Origin: Lama glama | Lineage: Eukaryota | DNA length: 64,000 nucleotides | NCBI GenBank assembly: GCA_028534125.1 | Contig: CM052816.1 | Coordinates: 4,342,001-4,406,000 of the forward strand | Direction: 5' to 3' | Shown here: in pieces, positions 49,856-62,568 of the stretch | How the letters are laid out: every line of letters starts with the position of its first letter | Position numbering within the stretch: position 1 is the stretch's first letter | Notes under the pieces: generated by a model | What the model was told of the DNA's origin: nothing | What the model saw: the letters and a program-made list of their open reading frames with translations, nothing else | The model's database searches: none | Position numbers and translations under genes: made by a program

Positions 49856-49943
49856 CGCGCTGCCTGGAACCCCCAGCAGCGGCTGGAGCAAAAAGAGAGC
49901 GAGAGCGGCGGGCTGCCTCTTCTCGGGTGCCGGCGCCCCTTGC

Positions 49944-50087
49944 TCAGAGCCCGGCTCGCCCCAGCCCGCCGCGCCCCTCCTCCTGTCCGTGTCCGTCTCC
50001 CCTCGGCTGCTTCACTGGCTCTCGGGGCTCCCGCGGCTGGGCTCGGGCCAGAGGCTGAGCAGAAGGCGGCTGCAGAGCCCGCAGCAT
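49944..50087 (-). other. Candidate uORF1, 47 aa (MLRALQPP...GLGRAGL)
   Basis: ATG at 50087 in weak context (tccATGc), TGA ending at 49944. Confidence 0.45.
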
Positions 50088-52109
50088 GGAGGGCGATCTC
50101 GCCGACTCGGGCTCGGGCTTGGGCTCCGGCAGCGGCAGCAGCGGCCGCCGCCTCCCGCGCGCCCACGTGCCGGAGCCCCGGTGTGCGCGCTCTGGCCACG
50201 GGGCTGGAGGGAGGGAGGGAGCAAGGGCGAGCCGTGGGTGGGGGTGGCGAGGAGAGCCTGCGCGCCCGCGCAGCCGAGGGGAAGCCGCCGACAGGCTCCC
50301 GAGGACACGGGGCTCCTCGCCTGCAGCTCCGGAAAGACTGGTGTGCAAGGCTCCCCCAGCTCCCCCCTCCCTTTGCAGAGCGGAGGGAGCCTGAGCGAAA
50401 CCCGGGGCTGGGTGGGGGGTGGCGGGGTGCTCCACTCCACAGAATCAGCCGGGAGCAGCGGCTGGAGGCGGCTACGTGTCTCAGCTAAAGGGACAGGTTC
50501 CAAGTATCCTTGAACCACGTCACGTCTCCCCCGCGAAGAACGGGGTTCAGATAGCCGGGGTGAGGGAGTATGCCTATTTCGGCTTGCCCCGCCTTCTTCC
50601 CAGAGTAAGCACTTTTCCCGTTAACCAACAGCCTCCAAAGGGCTTCTCCTTACAGGGAGAAAGGAATTGTCTTGCAAGAGGGGCCTGACATCCTCCAATC
50701 AACTGACACATAATTATTGAGCACTTCACTTTGTGCGATGCCTGGCAAGGTCCTGGTTCATAGGGCCCCCCCTGGTTGTGTAAGTTGGGTTCGGTTCTCT
50801 GCTCTGCGTACCCTTAGGCAGGCCCTCCCTGGGCCCCATCGCTCCAACGATAAAATGAGGTTCCTTCCTGATAGGAGTAAGAAAGACGAAACAAACATAA
50901 GCTAGAATTTTAAAATTAGAAAAACTTCAAAACATGGGTAAGAGTTCAGTGCTGAGAAGCATGATTCAAGTAAGTAAAATTATCACAGGAAAATTGAAAA
51001 TGAGATCTCTAAGGAAACTTAGAAACTAGCAGTACGTGCACGTGACTGGGCACAGGTGCAGTCACTTAGAAATCTGCGTCTCCAATCTTCTCATTATCTT
51101 AATGGGGAAATAGAGGCTCAGAGAAGACAAATTGGCCTGTCCAAGCTCACACACATCTGATTTGGTTCGACACATCGGGTTTTGGTTAGTCTGGTCTCCT
51201 ACTGCCAAACCTGTGCTTTTTCTGCCACACACCAGTCAGCACACAAATTATGCTCTCGGTGGTGGTGTGCTGAGACACAGAAAAAAATGAAGAGTCATTC
51301 TTTATGAGGTTCCCCCCCCCAAAAGAAGCTTCATGAAAGAAGAGGAATTTAAGCTAAATCCTACAGAGTAGGCAAGATTCAGGTATCTGGAAAAATGAGA
51401 TCATTCAAGGGGAGGGAGAGAGGTCAATAAAAGATGAAGAAGGACATGTTATAGCAGGAGCAAAGAGCTTGCCTAGGTGATGGGGAGCCACCGAAGGGTT
51501 TTAAGCAGTGAAAGAAAATAATGAAAGCTTCATTTTAGGATGATCAATATGTCCCTGTACAGGATGGATTAGCAGGGGAAGAGATGAGGGAGGGGAAAGG
51601 AAGAAAGAAAAGCACTTGTAGGCGGAGAAAACCAGTAGGAGGGCAAGGCAGCTATCCAGGTGCAGGTGATGGAAGCCTGATGAAATGCGGTGGCAGGTAA
51701 AGGTGAAATAAAGGAAACTCTTCCTGACCTTGCTCTTAAAAGCCTGTTTTACAGGAAGTACTGTGCTGTAAATTGCAGGGGACACTATATGGAAAGGCAC
51801 ATGTGCTTGAGACATAATGGGAAACTGGGGGCTAACACTCAGACAACAGTGGAGCTTTTCACAATAACAAATCTGAAGCTTATCTGGCCCCTTGGTTTCA
51901 ACACCCAACACCTGGGAGCTGGACAGCAACAGACTTTAGTGAAGAATGGGCTTAAGTTAGGATTTCTATCCATCTACCAAAGGCAAAAGCCAGAAAAGGA
52001 AGGGAAAATCTTGTATTCTTCTATTCCTTGGAGGCTCTTGAAGTCACAAATGAATGCTTCAGGGGCTTCCTCGGGTTCTTCCACTGGAAACTGTTTCTGT
52101 CTAACACAC

Positions 52110-52262
52110 TATCTCCTTATTTGGACCAGCAGCAACGGCATCACCAGGGAGCTTGCCAGAAAGACAGAGTCAAGTCCCATTGTACACCGATTGAATCAGA
52201 ATCTTCATCTTAACAAGATTCATAGGTAATTCATCTGCAGCAGTAAATTTGAGAATTATTTC
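52110..52262. mobile_element. MER5A-like hAT-Charlie element
   Basis: ggaccagcagcaacggcatcaccagggagcttgccagaaa...ttgaatcagaatcttcatcttaacaagattc...aaatttgagaa. Confidence 0.75.
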
Positions 52263-52719
52263 TCTATCTGGTTATGTTCTAAACTACTGTTCTTCAAAGT
52301 TTTGAGAGTAGCACATAGTTAAAACAAAACAAACCATAAAAATGACTTATACATTACACCATGGCTATACACACTCATTTATAATCTAAATAAAAATTTC
52401 ATGAAACAACACATATCCTTAATGTGTGATTCACTTCAATATTCCCTATTCAATCTATTTTTTTTTTAAATGCTGATCATGACCTATTAATTATTTACTA
52501 TGGAGTAGGTACTGTAGCAGGAGTTTTGCATACTTTAAATTTCATAAAATCCCCATTTAAAAAAAAAGTAGGATTGGGTGGGTTTTGGTCTACAAATATT
52601 TTTATTGTAATACTATAAACCTACAAGTTTAGAAATCATTAATAGCAATATGAATGGAGTAAGTTAGTCAGTGGTATATATTACCTTTTCCATTGTTAAG
52701 AAAACGAGAAATAAAAAAA

Positions 52720-53177
52720 ATTTTTAACTTGTATGTGTTTTTATTGCAACATAGTTGATTTACAATGTTGTGTTAGTTTCAAGTGTACAATAAAGTGACT
52801 GAATTATATATACATTGCATATATGATATATATTCTTATATATTATATATTCTTTTTCAGATTCTTTTCAATTATAGGTTATTATAAGATATCAAATATA
52901 GTTCCCTGTACTATACAGTAGGGCCCTGTTTATCTATTCTTTGTACAGTAGTTTGTATCTGCTAATCCCGGACTCCTAATTTATTCCTCCCCCCTTTCCC
53001 TTTTGATAACCACAAGTTTGTTTTCTATGCCTGTGAGTCTGTTTCTGGTTTGTAAATAAGTTGATATGCATCATTTTTTAAGACTCTACATACAAGTGGC
53101 ATCATATGATACTTGTCTTTTCTCTATCTGACTGACTTCACTTAGTATGATCATCTCTAGGTCCATCCGTGTTGCTG
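52720..53177 (-). mobile_element. L1 3' end fragment
   Basis: atagttgatttacaatgttgtgttagtttcaagtgtaca...ggttattataagatatc...ttcacttagtatgatcatctctaggtccatccgtgttgct. Confidence 0.9.
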
Positions 53178-54929
53178 AAGTAAGAGTTTTTAATCTAGGC
53201 ATTGAGAATGAGGGAAGGAAATCTCAGAAGGGTAAATTATCTGCCCCAAATTTTCAGGCTAGAATGTTCCACAGCAAGTTTGAACAAAGGCCTGTATTAC
53301 ACCTAAGTCCATACTCTCTCTTCTTATGCTTTGCTTCTAAGTCATGGAAAATTTCAAGCAGAAACTGGCTGGAAGATACAAGGACAGAATTCTGACTGGG
53401 GCAGACGATTGAAATAGCAGACTTAATAAGTACACCTTGTGCTGAGATCCTGGGATGCTTTGAAGGGTTGTTCACATCAAGGTGAAAATACTATTAAGTA
53501 CTTTGAGTACCCCCTCCTGTGCAGAATCCACAAACTGACTCAGTGGTGGCCCATTACACTTGAAAGTTAATGCTGCTGTTGAAAGCTACCTTGGCTGTTG
53601 CTCAAAAGGAAATTTTGCAGCAGAATTTCACTCTCCCTGTAAATTCTTTGTTTGTCAGAGTTACAGACACCAATCTAAGCTAGTCTGAGGGCTGGGGCAG
53701 GAAACTGATTTTAAAAAATCAAGAGACTCAAGAAACACAGGTAATGAAGCAAGGTCTCTGGAAGGGACTGGAAGTTGGGGATGGAATCCTGCTAGATCTC
53801 ATAATATTCTCTCTCTCTCTCCCTCTCTATATTTCTTTTTCATTCTCATTGTTGCTATGCTGCTATTTCTTGCCTCTCTTGCTGCAAAAGACCTCTGTGC
53901 CTCTCTGCTCCTGTGACTGATAATACAGATCCCATGCATTTCACAACTCACTGTCTCTGGGCCTCCTGTCTTTTTATCAGGAGAGGGTATCTCATTAGTT
54001 AAATGTCCACTCTGGACCATCAGACAGAACCAGGAGTCTGCAGTCACAGTAGCAACAAACCTCCTAGGAGCTTAGCCCTGTGAATAAGATATAAAGTGGG
54101 CAAGGTGGGTTGGGGTAAGTTCCAGAGAAAGTACAGAAATGGGGCTACTACACTTCTTACAATGAACAATCTAATGTTTTGGAAATGGTGTTGGGGATCT
54201 CAGTACACACACAATAGATGATACGTAGGCAACTGCCAGGGGTACACGAGGATTGGTGATGTGACAGCTGGTTTAAAGCCCTGAAGTGCAATGGAGCCCC
54301 TTTTTAAGACCCCCACCACCCATGAACCTGTGCAGATGGACCAGAACTAATTGGAACTAATGGATACCCCAGGCATATTTATCTGAAGATTCATTCTGTG
54401 CCCGGTTTCCTGGAAAGAACACTGAATCGGGATTCAGAAAACCTGGATTCAAAGCCTGGCTCCGCCTTTCCCTGTTATGCAATTTGGGGAAAGTTACCTC
54501 ACCTCACCAAAATTGAGGTTAACATGCATGTCTTGCCTCCCCCAGAAAGCTCTTTCAAGGAGTAAATAAGACAACATCAGTGCAGCTAGCACTCTGTAAA
54601 ATCTAAAGCACTGAGCAAATGTAAGAGATTATTAGTAATACAAGAAATAACAGGAAGCCAATGAGTTGTAACACGTAGGTTACCTTTGCAAATATCTATT
54701 CCACCATGCTCTTTGGAGTAGGGGAAAAAAAATCGTGCTGCAAGAAATGTAATAATGAATGTGAAGTGTGTTTATTCTAGTCTTTCTTCCGAGGCATGGT
54801 TGGGTGGAAAAGATCCATGCAGCTCAAAAGGGAAGGGCTGAAAGGGTATTGTTTTCAAGAAGTAACCAGAGCCTTTACCAGTAGTAGTAGTCACAGCAGT
54901 AGTAACTGTAATAGCAGCAGTACGGTAAT

Positions 54930-55170
54930 AACAGTCATAACCGTCTTGTTGCCATGTTCCAGGCAAAGTGCTAAGTGCTTTCCATGAAGTTGCTCGTTAA
55001 ATTCATATAACCTTCTCAGCTAGGATCCGTTATGTTCTCTGTTTTAAAGATGAGGAAGCTGAAGCAGGGCAATTTAATAATTTCCCCACAGTCTCCAAGA
55101 TGGTAAGTGGGAGAGTTCAGACGAAAACCCAGTTTACTTTTCAATCCAAAGTGAAAGCGAATAACCGAGA
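54930..55170 (-). mobile_element. MIR SINE
   Basis: ccaggcaaagtgctaagtgctttc...tgttttaaagatgaggaagctgaagc...ggtaagtgggagag. Confidence 0.7.
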
Positions 55171-55349
55171 TACTGTTCTGTATTTCATACCTTTAGAAGT
55201 AAATGTGATGAATGCCAAGTTTTGGTGGTGACAAAAGTATTATATAAAGGAGAGCATCTAACAAAGTTCACGTATGTTTGATGCATGATATTTTTCCATT
55301 GAATATGGATGATCACTAAACAAAACTTAGCTAATTTACTCAGTACACA

Positions 55350-56050
55350 CCTAGTTAAATTACTTTAAAAATGACAATACCAATTATTGGTGAAAATGCT
55401 GAGTAACAAGAAGTCTCAGTGCTAGTAGAAATGCAAAGTGGTGCAGCCACTTGGAAGATAGTTTGGTAGTTGTTTTTAAAGCGAAGCATAATCCTATTAC
55501 ACAGTTGAAAAATTGCACCCTTAGTATTTACCCAACTGACTTGAACACATCTCCACACAAAAACCTGCAGGCAAATGTTTGTCACAGCTTCATTCATCAC
55601 CAAAATCTAAAAGCAACCAAGGTGTCCTTCAATAGGCAAATGGATAAACAAACTGTAGTATATTCATATAATATTTACAGTACAATAGTATAGTGCACCT
55701 AAAACTGTCAAAAAGCAAGGAAAACATAAACTTTGAGAAGCTATCATAGCCAAGGCACATCTAAGGAGACATGACTAGATGTAATGTGGTATCCTAATGA
55801 TATCTTGAAACAGAAGAAAGGACATCTGATTAAAAACTAAGATATCTGAATAAAATGGACTTTAGTTAACAACGTGTTATTGAATCATTGATTCTGACAA
55901 ACCTACTATCCTAATTTAAGATGTTAATGATAGGAGAAAGTGGATATGAGGTATATGGGTATATGAAACTCTCTACACTAGCTTGCTAATTTTTCTGTAA
56001 ATCTAGAGCCATTCAGAAGTTCAAAGTTTATTTTTAAAAATGTAAAAAAA
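55350..56050 (+). mobile_element. Old L1M(C-like) 3' fragments
   Basis: aatgcaaagtggtgcagccacttggaagatagtttgg ... ctaaggagacatgactagatgtaatgtggtatcct. Confidence 0.75.
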
Positions 56051-57195
56051 AATTAAAAACAATGAATTATAAAACCCCAAGAGATATGCTACAGGAAACA
56101 TTTCATATTCTTTCCTCAAATAATAACATACTTAAACCAAAACAGTCCAAAACAAAACCAAAAAGAAAACAAAACTTAACTAATTAAGATTCATCAATGA
56201 GCTCAGTGTCCCCATTTGAAATCATCAGAAGCCTCATGTTATGTTCAAAAACAATATTCTTCCTCATTTTTCTGCTTGCTGGACCTGTTCTGTTCATATA
56301 TAATGGCTATTTAGGCATCCCAAAGATAATATTGATCTGTGTCTTAAAGTGGAATTGATTATTCAGCATGCCACTATTAAAACGTCCCTTCATTGCATAG
56401 GTATTTGCCTCAGTGCACGTTAACGCTCTTTTGCCAACAGCATGTACTCTGTGGCTAATAGATTCAATCTCACCGAAGCAGATAAAGTCAAACTTCATGA
56501 ACAGACTTTGATGTAGGTAAGGAAACCAATAACAAAATGTTAAGTGTGGCTATAGAAGACCACGTGCCAATTTGTTTCAGGGAGGAAAAATAGAGGGAAT
56601 CCTTTAAAAGGATGACTGTTTTCTATCATCTGGAGATTACTTAGTAGAGAAAAATGTGTGTATGCTAACTGCAGCCATTTGAACTGAGGAAAACAATTAG
56701 GAGGTGATTCAAATCCTAATTTCCATCTATTTTGCTCATCTATTCATCAGTGTGTTGGAAGACAGAATAGCAAAATGAATATTGTCAAGCCAGTTCAGAA
56801 TGACTAAAGGAAAGGCTTCTACATTCTCTTACTCACACATGCTATGGCAAACCAGGCAGAATTGAACTATTCTTTTAGTCTTCAAAAGCTGTATAATTTT
56901 TCCACCAAAGCTTCCTCAGAACAGTATTTTCTTTGGAAAGCATATTTTATGTGAGTTCTTTCTGCTGTGGTGGTAGCTCTGACTAACACAAATATTACTA
57001 CTTCAATGCAAGATCTTCGTTCCCCCAGAAAATGTTTCCAGAATAAAAATTCGAAATACAGGATACCAACGGAACTGATATTTTTTAGCATTCTGGAAAC
57101 TCATAAGCTTAAATTACATATGTAAGACTTGAATTCTGTGAATTTAGCAAAACTAATTTATCGTTAGAAAATACTAACACAAGATACCAGGAAGG

Positions 57196-57710
57196 ACCTT
57201 GCAATTCCATTCCTAGGTATATACCCCAAACTGGTGTTCAAACAAAAATCTGTACTCGTGTGTTCGTAGCAGCACCATTCACAATAGCCAAAAGGTGAAG
57301 ACAACTGAAATGTTCATCAGCTGGCAAACAGATAAACAAAGTGCAGTCTATTTATACAATGGAATATTATCCAGCCATAAAAGGAATGGGTACCTGTTAC
57401 AACATGCATGAACCTTGAAAACATAATGTGAAGTGACAGAAGTCAGAAACAAGGTCACATACTGTATGAGCCCATATACAGGAAATATTCAGAATAGGCA
57501 AATTCATAGAGATGAAAAGCAGGTAAGTGGTTTTGAGGGAATGGAGAAGGTGAGGAAGGGGGAGTGGCTTCTGTGAAGTGGTGAAAGTGTTGTGAAACTA
57601 GATAGCGATGATGCTTGCACAACATGGTGAATGAACCAAAAGCTATCAAACTGTGTATTTTAAAATGGTTAAAATGGTGAGTTCTATATTATGTGAATGT
57701 CATATCAGTA
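57196..57710 (+). mobile_element. L1MB-like 3' end
   Basis: gcaattccattcctaggtatataccc...ttcacaatagccaaaaggtg...catgaaccttgaaaacataatg...tttaaaatggttaaaatggtga. Confidence 0.85.
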
Positions 57711-59074
57711 AAGATTCACATCAGTGTGTGAATATCATGAGGATATGTTGGGAAGCACCTGTACACAGAACCTCGAGACTTGTAGGACTGTCACTACGTA
57801 CTGTGTTCATGGCAGATGCAGGGGAATTCGAAGACAGGAAGTGTAGACACTGCAGAGGCAAAAGCACATGGCGGAAAGGAGCTGCTTTTTTCGAGGAGAA
57901 TCAGCTCCCTATTAACACTCTGCCACTCCGCTGTCCTTTACTACTTAAAACATCAAGAGGAGACATGAAAGAAACCACCTCCCATCAGGCAGTGGAGCTG
58001 ATGGAACGGAGACGGCCTGTCATGCTAGGAAGAGGCTGTCGTGGGGACGACACTAGCCATGAGCCAGCGTGGCATCTGAGAGGTACACGCAGAGTTTCCA
58101 GCGGGGTCCACCAAGCTGAAGCAGCTCCGGCCAGACTGTTGGCAGGGTTGCCTAGCTCACCCACAGATGTGAGATTGCGACAGGCAGGGCGGTGGGCAGG
58201 GAGCTGACCAGTGAAGAACCATACATGGGAGAAAGGAGGCAGGGTACCAATGGGAAATCATGAGGGAAGTCAAGATAAAGCAGCACTTGTCAAACACGTT
58301 TGGTCTCAGTTTCCCTTTTTGGGGGGTGTGTGGTAGGACCCCTCTTATTACCTCTCAACTCATTGCCTGAGTCACAGCAACATGCAGACGAGGTAGAGCC
58401 ATGGATAGTTCAGGGCTGCAGCATCAACACTGATTACGCTGACTGTAAAAGCCATCTCCGTTTGCTCAGTGCTGATGATGAGCCAGGCCTGAGATAACAA
58501 GGGGATCACAAGGGTCCTCCTGTAACACTCACAACACCCTCGGGCAGGCATTATCCCGTTCAGCGAGGACCTGAGGAAAGTGAGGCTTGGAGGGGAGAAA
58601 GAACTTTCTCAAGGTCTCCCATCTAGTGGTCAAACTGGTGTGATTGTGAGAGCCAAACAGCAGCGCCGGCTCTCATAATCACAGAGACACCGTCAGTAAC
58701 AGCTATACTTGCAGAAGGTTCTCAGGGAAAATCCAGTGAGCCCTTGACCTACGGTAATCTGACTCTGAAGAAACATGCAAAGGGATTTCAAAAGGTCCAG
58801 CAGCAAACCCATGAAGACAGCGTGAAGACCAGGATGCTAGTAAGTATGAAGCAGGAAAGAAAGAGATACCAAAAAACAGACTTAACATGCTTTACTGTGC
58901 ATCTATTTGCACAACTGTCACCCTCCACTACACTGAAAGCCCCTAGCAGGCAGGAATCCTGACTTATTCACCCTGGTGCTTAGTACAGTGTCTGGCATCC
59001 AGTAAGCCTTTAATAAATATTCTTTGATAAAATAAAACTGTACTTTTGCTATCATGACTGATGAGCGTTATAAT

Positions 59075-59300
59075 AGTTGATATTGTTTATTGAGCATTTT
59101 ACTTATGCTTAGACATGTGCACTTTATATAGCTTATATCTCATTTCCTCCTCCCAGCAAATGAAGTAAGGATAATTACCCCCTGTTACAGACAAAGAAAC
59201 TGAAGCTCAAATAACTTTCCCAAATTCAAACATGTACTAAAAGGTAAGCTAGGTTTCAAACCCTAATCATATGACTCCAATCCCAGGTGCTTTTAACCTC
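59075..59300 (-). mobile_element. MIR SINE
   Basis: tttattgagcattttacttatg...ccctgttacagacaaagaaactgaagctca. Confidence 0.7.
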
Positions 59301-60660
59301 TTCTATTTTCTATAATAAAGAATCCATCCTTTTTAGTGAGGAGGGATTAGTGATTATGCACATTTTGAAAAGGGAAAATGAAAATTATAATGTAATGTCA
59401 GCTTTAAAAAAAACAGAATGCAAAATTATGCACGTGCTTTGATTACAACCATGCAAAAATTCACAGCATACAAAGGAAACAGCAGGAAGCCTAGAAGATA
59501 AAACAGTTGTATAAGGATGGTGAGACTATGGGTAATTTTTTAACATTTTGCTTAATTTTGCTATGTTGTTATTTTAAGAATAAATGAGATCTGAAGATAA
59601 ATGAAAGCGTAATAAAACAAATTATTCTATGCACAGAAACTGATTTTAGGCAGAATCATTGCTTCTGAGCCGTGGGTTGAAGATTCAAGATAATTATATG
59701 ACATCTTGGGTACCATATTTTCCTAAAGATATGGCAAAGCTCTGTGAAACAGGAATTTTGAGTCTTCCCGATTCTCTAGTTAAGATTAAAAATTTGAAAA
59801 TATGATCCACTATTCTCAGTGGAACATTCAAAAATATCACTTACTGTAAATGTAATTCAAATCAGTCTCTCCTTTCACATAATCTATGAGATACTCTCTG
59901 TCTCCATGTATATTAAGTTTTATTACTCCTGAAAACGTCAACTCCACCATCAGTCTTTCATCCCAGGACCACTTATCTTTTTAAAAGCCAGGTCAGTATA
60001 TGATACTTCTCTCCTCAAAAACCCTCCAGCACTTCCTGTTGCATTCAGAGGAGTCAGAACTCCAGGTCCTCGTCTCTATTCCCTCCTACAATCCTCCTTA
60101 GACCATATGCTCTACTCACAATTTGCCATCCACATTCATAACATTCATGATTTCATGCCTTGCTTGTAATAGAAACTTGGTTTCCAATGCCTTGCCTCAC
60201 TTATCAAATCCTGTCTCACTCCTCTAGACTCAAGAGTACTGCTCCTGTTACATCTTTAATTATATTGCACATCCTGGTTTAAATGACTCAAGATGCTGTG
60301 ATCCCGATGCAAAATCTTTGTATGGCTATAGCTTACTGCATTCTGGTTTTTATAACATGATAATAGTAGATAACATTTATCAAAAATATTGGTTAGGCAT
60401 GTGCCATGTATTAGCTCATTTAAAATAACAATGCTAGGAGCTGAGAACTATTACCACCATTTAAGAAAAAAGGAACCAGAAGCCCAGGAAGGTAAAATTC
60501 CTCAGCCAGGAGTAAAACATTTGAGCATCAGAGATGAGCTTTGAATTCAGGTGTCCCTGTGCGATTAACTGTTACATTTCAAAAATGCTCTCTAAATTTT
60601 CAGTTGCCTGCCTGGGAAATTGACTGGTGGCAAATGGTTTGGATGGCAGAAACGTGTGCA

Positions 60661-60880
60661 TTTTTTTTTTTACTTTTATTTTATTGTTATAGTCAGTTTA
60701 CAATGCTGTGTTAATTTCCAGCGTAGAGCACAATTTTTCAGTCATACATGGACATACATATATTCATTGTTATATTCTTATTCACCATGAGCTGCCATAG
60801 GATCTTGTATATATTTCCCTGTGCTGTACAGTATAAACTTGTTTATCTATTCTATATGTACTTGTCAGCCTCTACAAATT
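60661..60880 (-). mobile_element. L1 3' terminal stub
   Basis: PolyT then ttattgttatagtcagtttacaatgctgtgttaatttccagcgtagagcacaatttttcagtc; same family as 8493-8609. Confidence 0.85.
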
Positions 60881-60939
60881 ACATGCGTTTGATATATATG
60901 CCAAGTGCTTAGCTCCAGTGGCACTGGAGCTGCCACTGA

Positions 60940-61127
60940 AGCAAAAGAAAAAGCAGTAATATTGATCCTGTCTGTATTTAAAGTTTGGTATTTTTTCATC
61001 ATGGATTTGCTTGCATTTATTGTGATGTTTAAAATATTACCTAAAATATTACTTATCTTGAACGCTGAGTTTCTTGGCATCATTTTACATTTTGCACTTA
61101 ACATGCCTCACCCCAGTCCTGGCCCTG
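60940..61127. mobile_element. MER96B-like hAT element
   Basis: cagtaatattgatcctgtctgtatttaaagtttggtattttttcatcatggattt...cctcaccccagtcctggccctg. Confidence 0.55.
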
Positions 61128-62568
61128 CTTAACCCAGTGCCTGATACGCAGGGGCCCTCAAAAAATATCAGCTGGCAACTTATGTTCAACTTACACATCA
61201 GTCTGTCCCGTAAGGCTTCAAACTTCTTGAAGGCAGTGACTGTCAGTGATCCCTTTCTATAATCTTAGTAACCTCCACACTCTGTTTTCAGTTAGATCCT
61301 CAAAAAGCGTTCTGAATAAAAAAGTTCCCTCTCTCATTTTCAACTGTGGTAGACTCGTATTTCACAATGCCCATTAGAAGGTACCCCTTCCTAATGAAAA
61401 GTGCGCAGTTTGATTATAGTTTTAACTTTCCATCAGCTGCCAAACCAAATGGTATGCAACCAAAAAAACGAAAGAAAGAACTGAAGGTCAACTTTGTTTC
61501 CTCTAAATTCTGCCCCCAACTGCCTCTTCACTGAAAGTTTTGAGGAACTATTTTTAGGTTCTCCCCAAGATGTCTTGCATCACTGTAACTAATCCTCCAC
61601 ACACAACAACTGAACTCCTGCTGTTAATGAGTCATGATACTTTGTGTGAAAATACAGGCCAAGGACTTGTTTCAAAGTTTTGGAAGGTAATTGTCTTTCT
61701 TCCTGCAGTCTTTGTGTTGGCCTTGCCGCTGGACTGACTGAAGACCCTCTGCAGCGTGAAGCAGTCGTTAATTCACAGGTTTATATTTTATATCTATCAC
61801 TTACTAGCTGTGTGGTGTTTGCAAGTAACAGAATCTCTCCAAACCACATCTGAAAAATGGAGATAATAATAATAACACCTCCATCGAGGAAAACTGCTGT
61901 GTCTAGCACATAGCAATTGCTCAATAAACATTAACCCTTATTTTTTTTTGTTTAATACATATACACTGAAAACTGCAATATGCGAGGTGCTAGGTTATGC
62001 ATTACGAATAGAGGCTAGACCAGGCACACTATCAGTGATTGTTAAATGAAGCTATAATCACTGAGCATCCACTGTGTAAGGCACTCTGCTGGAAATTGTA
62101 GGAGAACAAAGAGGAATAAGACAAAAATCCCAGCCTTTTAAGACATTAGTCTAGAAATGTTATTCATTTAAAACCAAAAAGGAAAGGCTACTAATAATTA
62201 AAGAAAATTATAAATAAATGTGAGTGTGTTAAGGATGAATTAAACTAGATAATGTTTTTGCCAATTTAGCATAAGAAGACCTGGAGGGAAATTTTTGCAT
62301 CTTTGCTCAATTACGTGAAACAAATAGTTCTTCCAGGAAAATTTTTTTAAAAATTACATTAGGCTGAGAGAAGATGTAGATTCTGGACATAATCTGTACT
62401 AGTAATGATAGCTTGGTGAAGTCATTCCACCTTCCACTTTTAAAATGGGGCTGTTCAGAGTACTCAGAGAAATAATTTTGGTCAGTTTGTGAATTTAGGT
62501 AATGTAGGAAGTACAAGAATGACAGAATGAGAAAAACTGAGATTTCACAGGGGAAATGCCTGTGAAGA

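Larger units (their letters stand above)
49458..50200 (-). other. Probable non-coding first exon (5' UTR); TSS position is approximate
   Basis: Donor CAGGG|GTGAGTA (exon ends 49458) inside the CpG island. All AUGs in the exon terminate before the donor, so the main CDS would start in a later exon that was not identified. Confidence 0.65.
48400..50650. promoter_or_regulatory. CpG island / promoter of an unidentified gene, probably transcribed on the minus strand
   Basis: Abrupt rise in GC and CpG content (densest 49430-50300) against a CpG-depleted background; free of interspersed repeats; several minus-strand splice donors downstream (49457, 48775, 48736). Confidence 0.93.

Noticed and set aside
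48217..50688. Many overlapping 100-250 aa Pro/Arg/Gly/Ala-rich ORFs on both strands
   Set aside because: Expected in GC-rich, stop-poor DNA; none resembles a protein I recognise, so no CDS or gene symbol was assigned.
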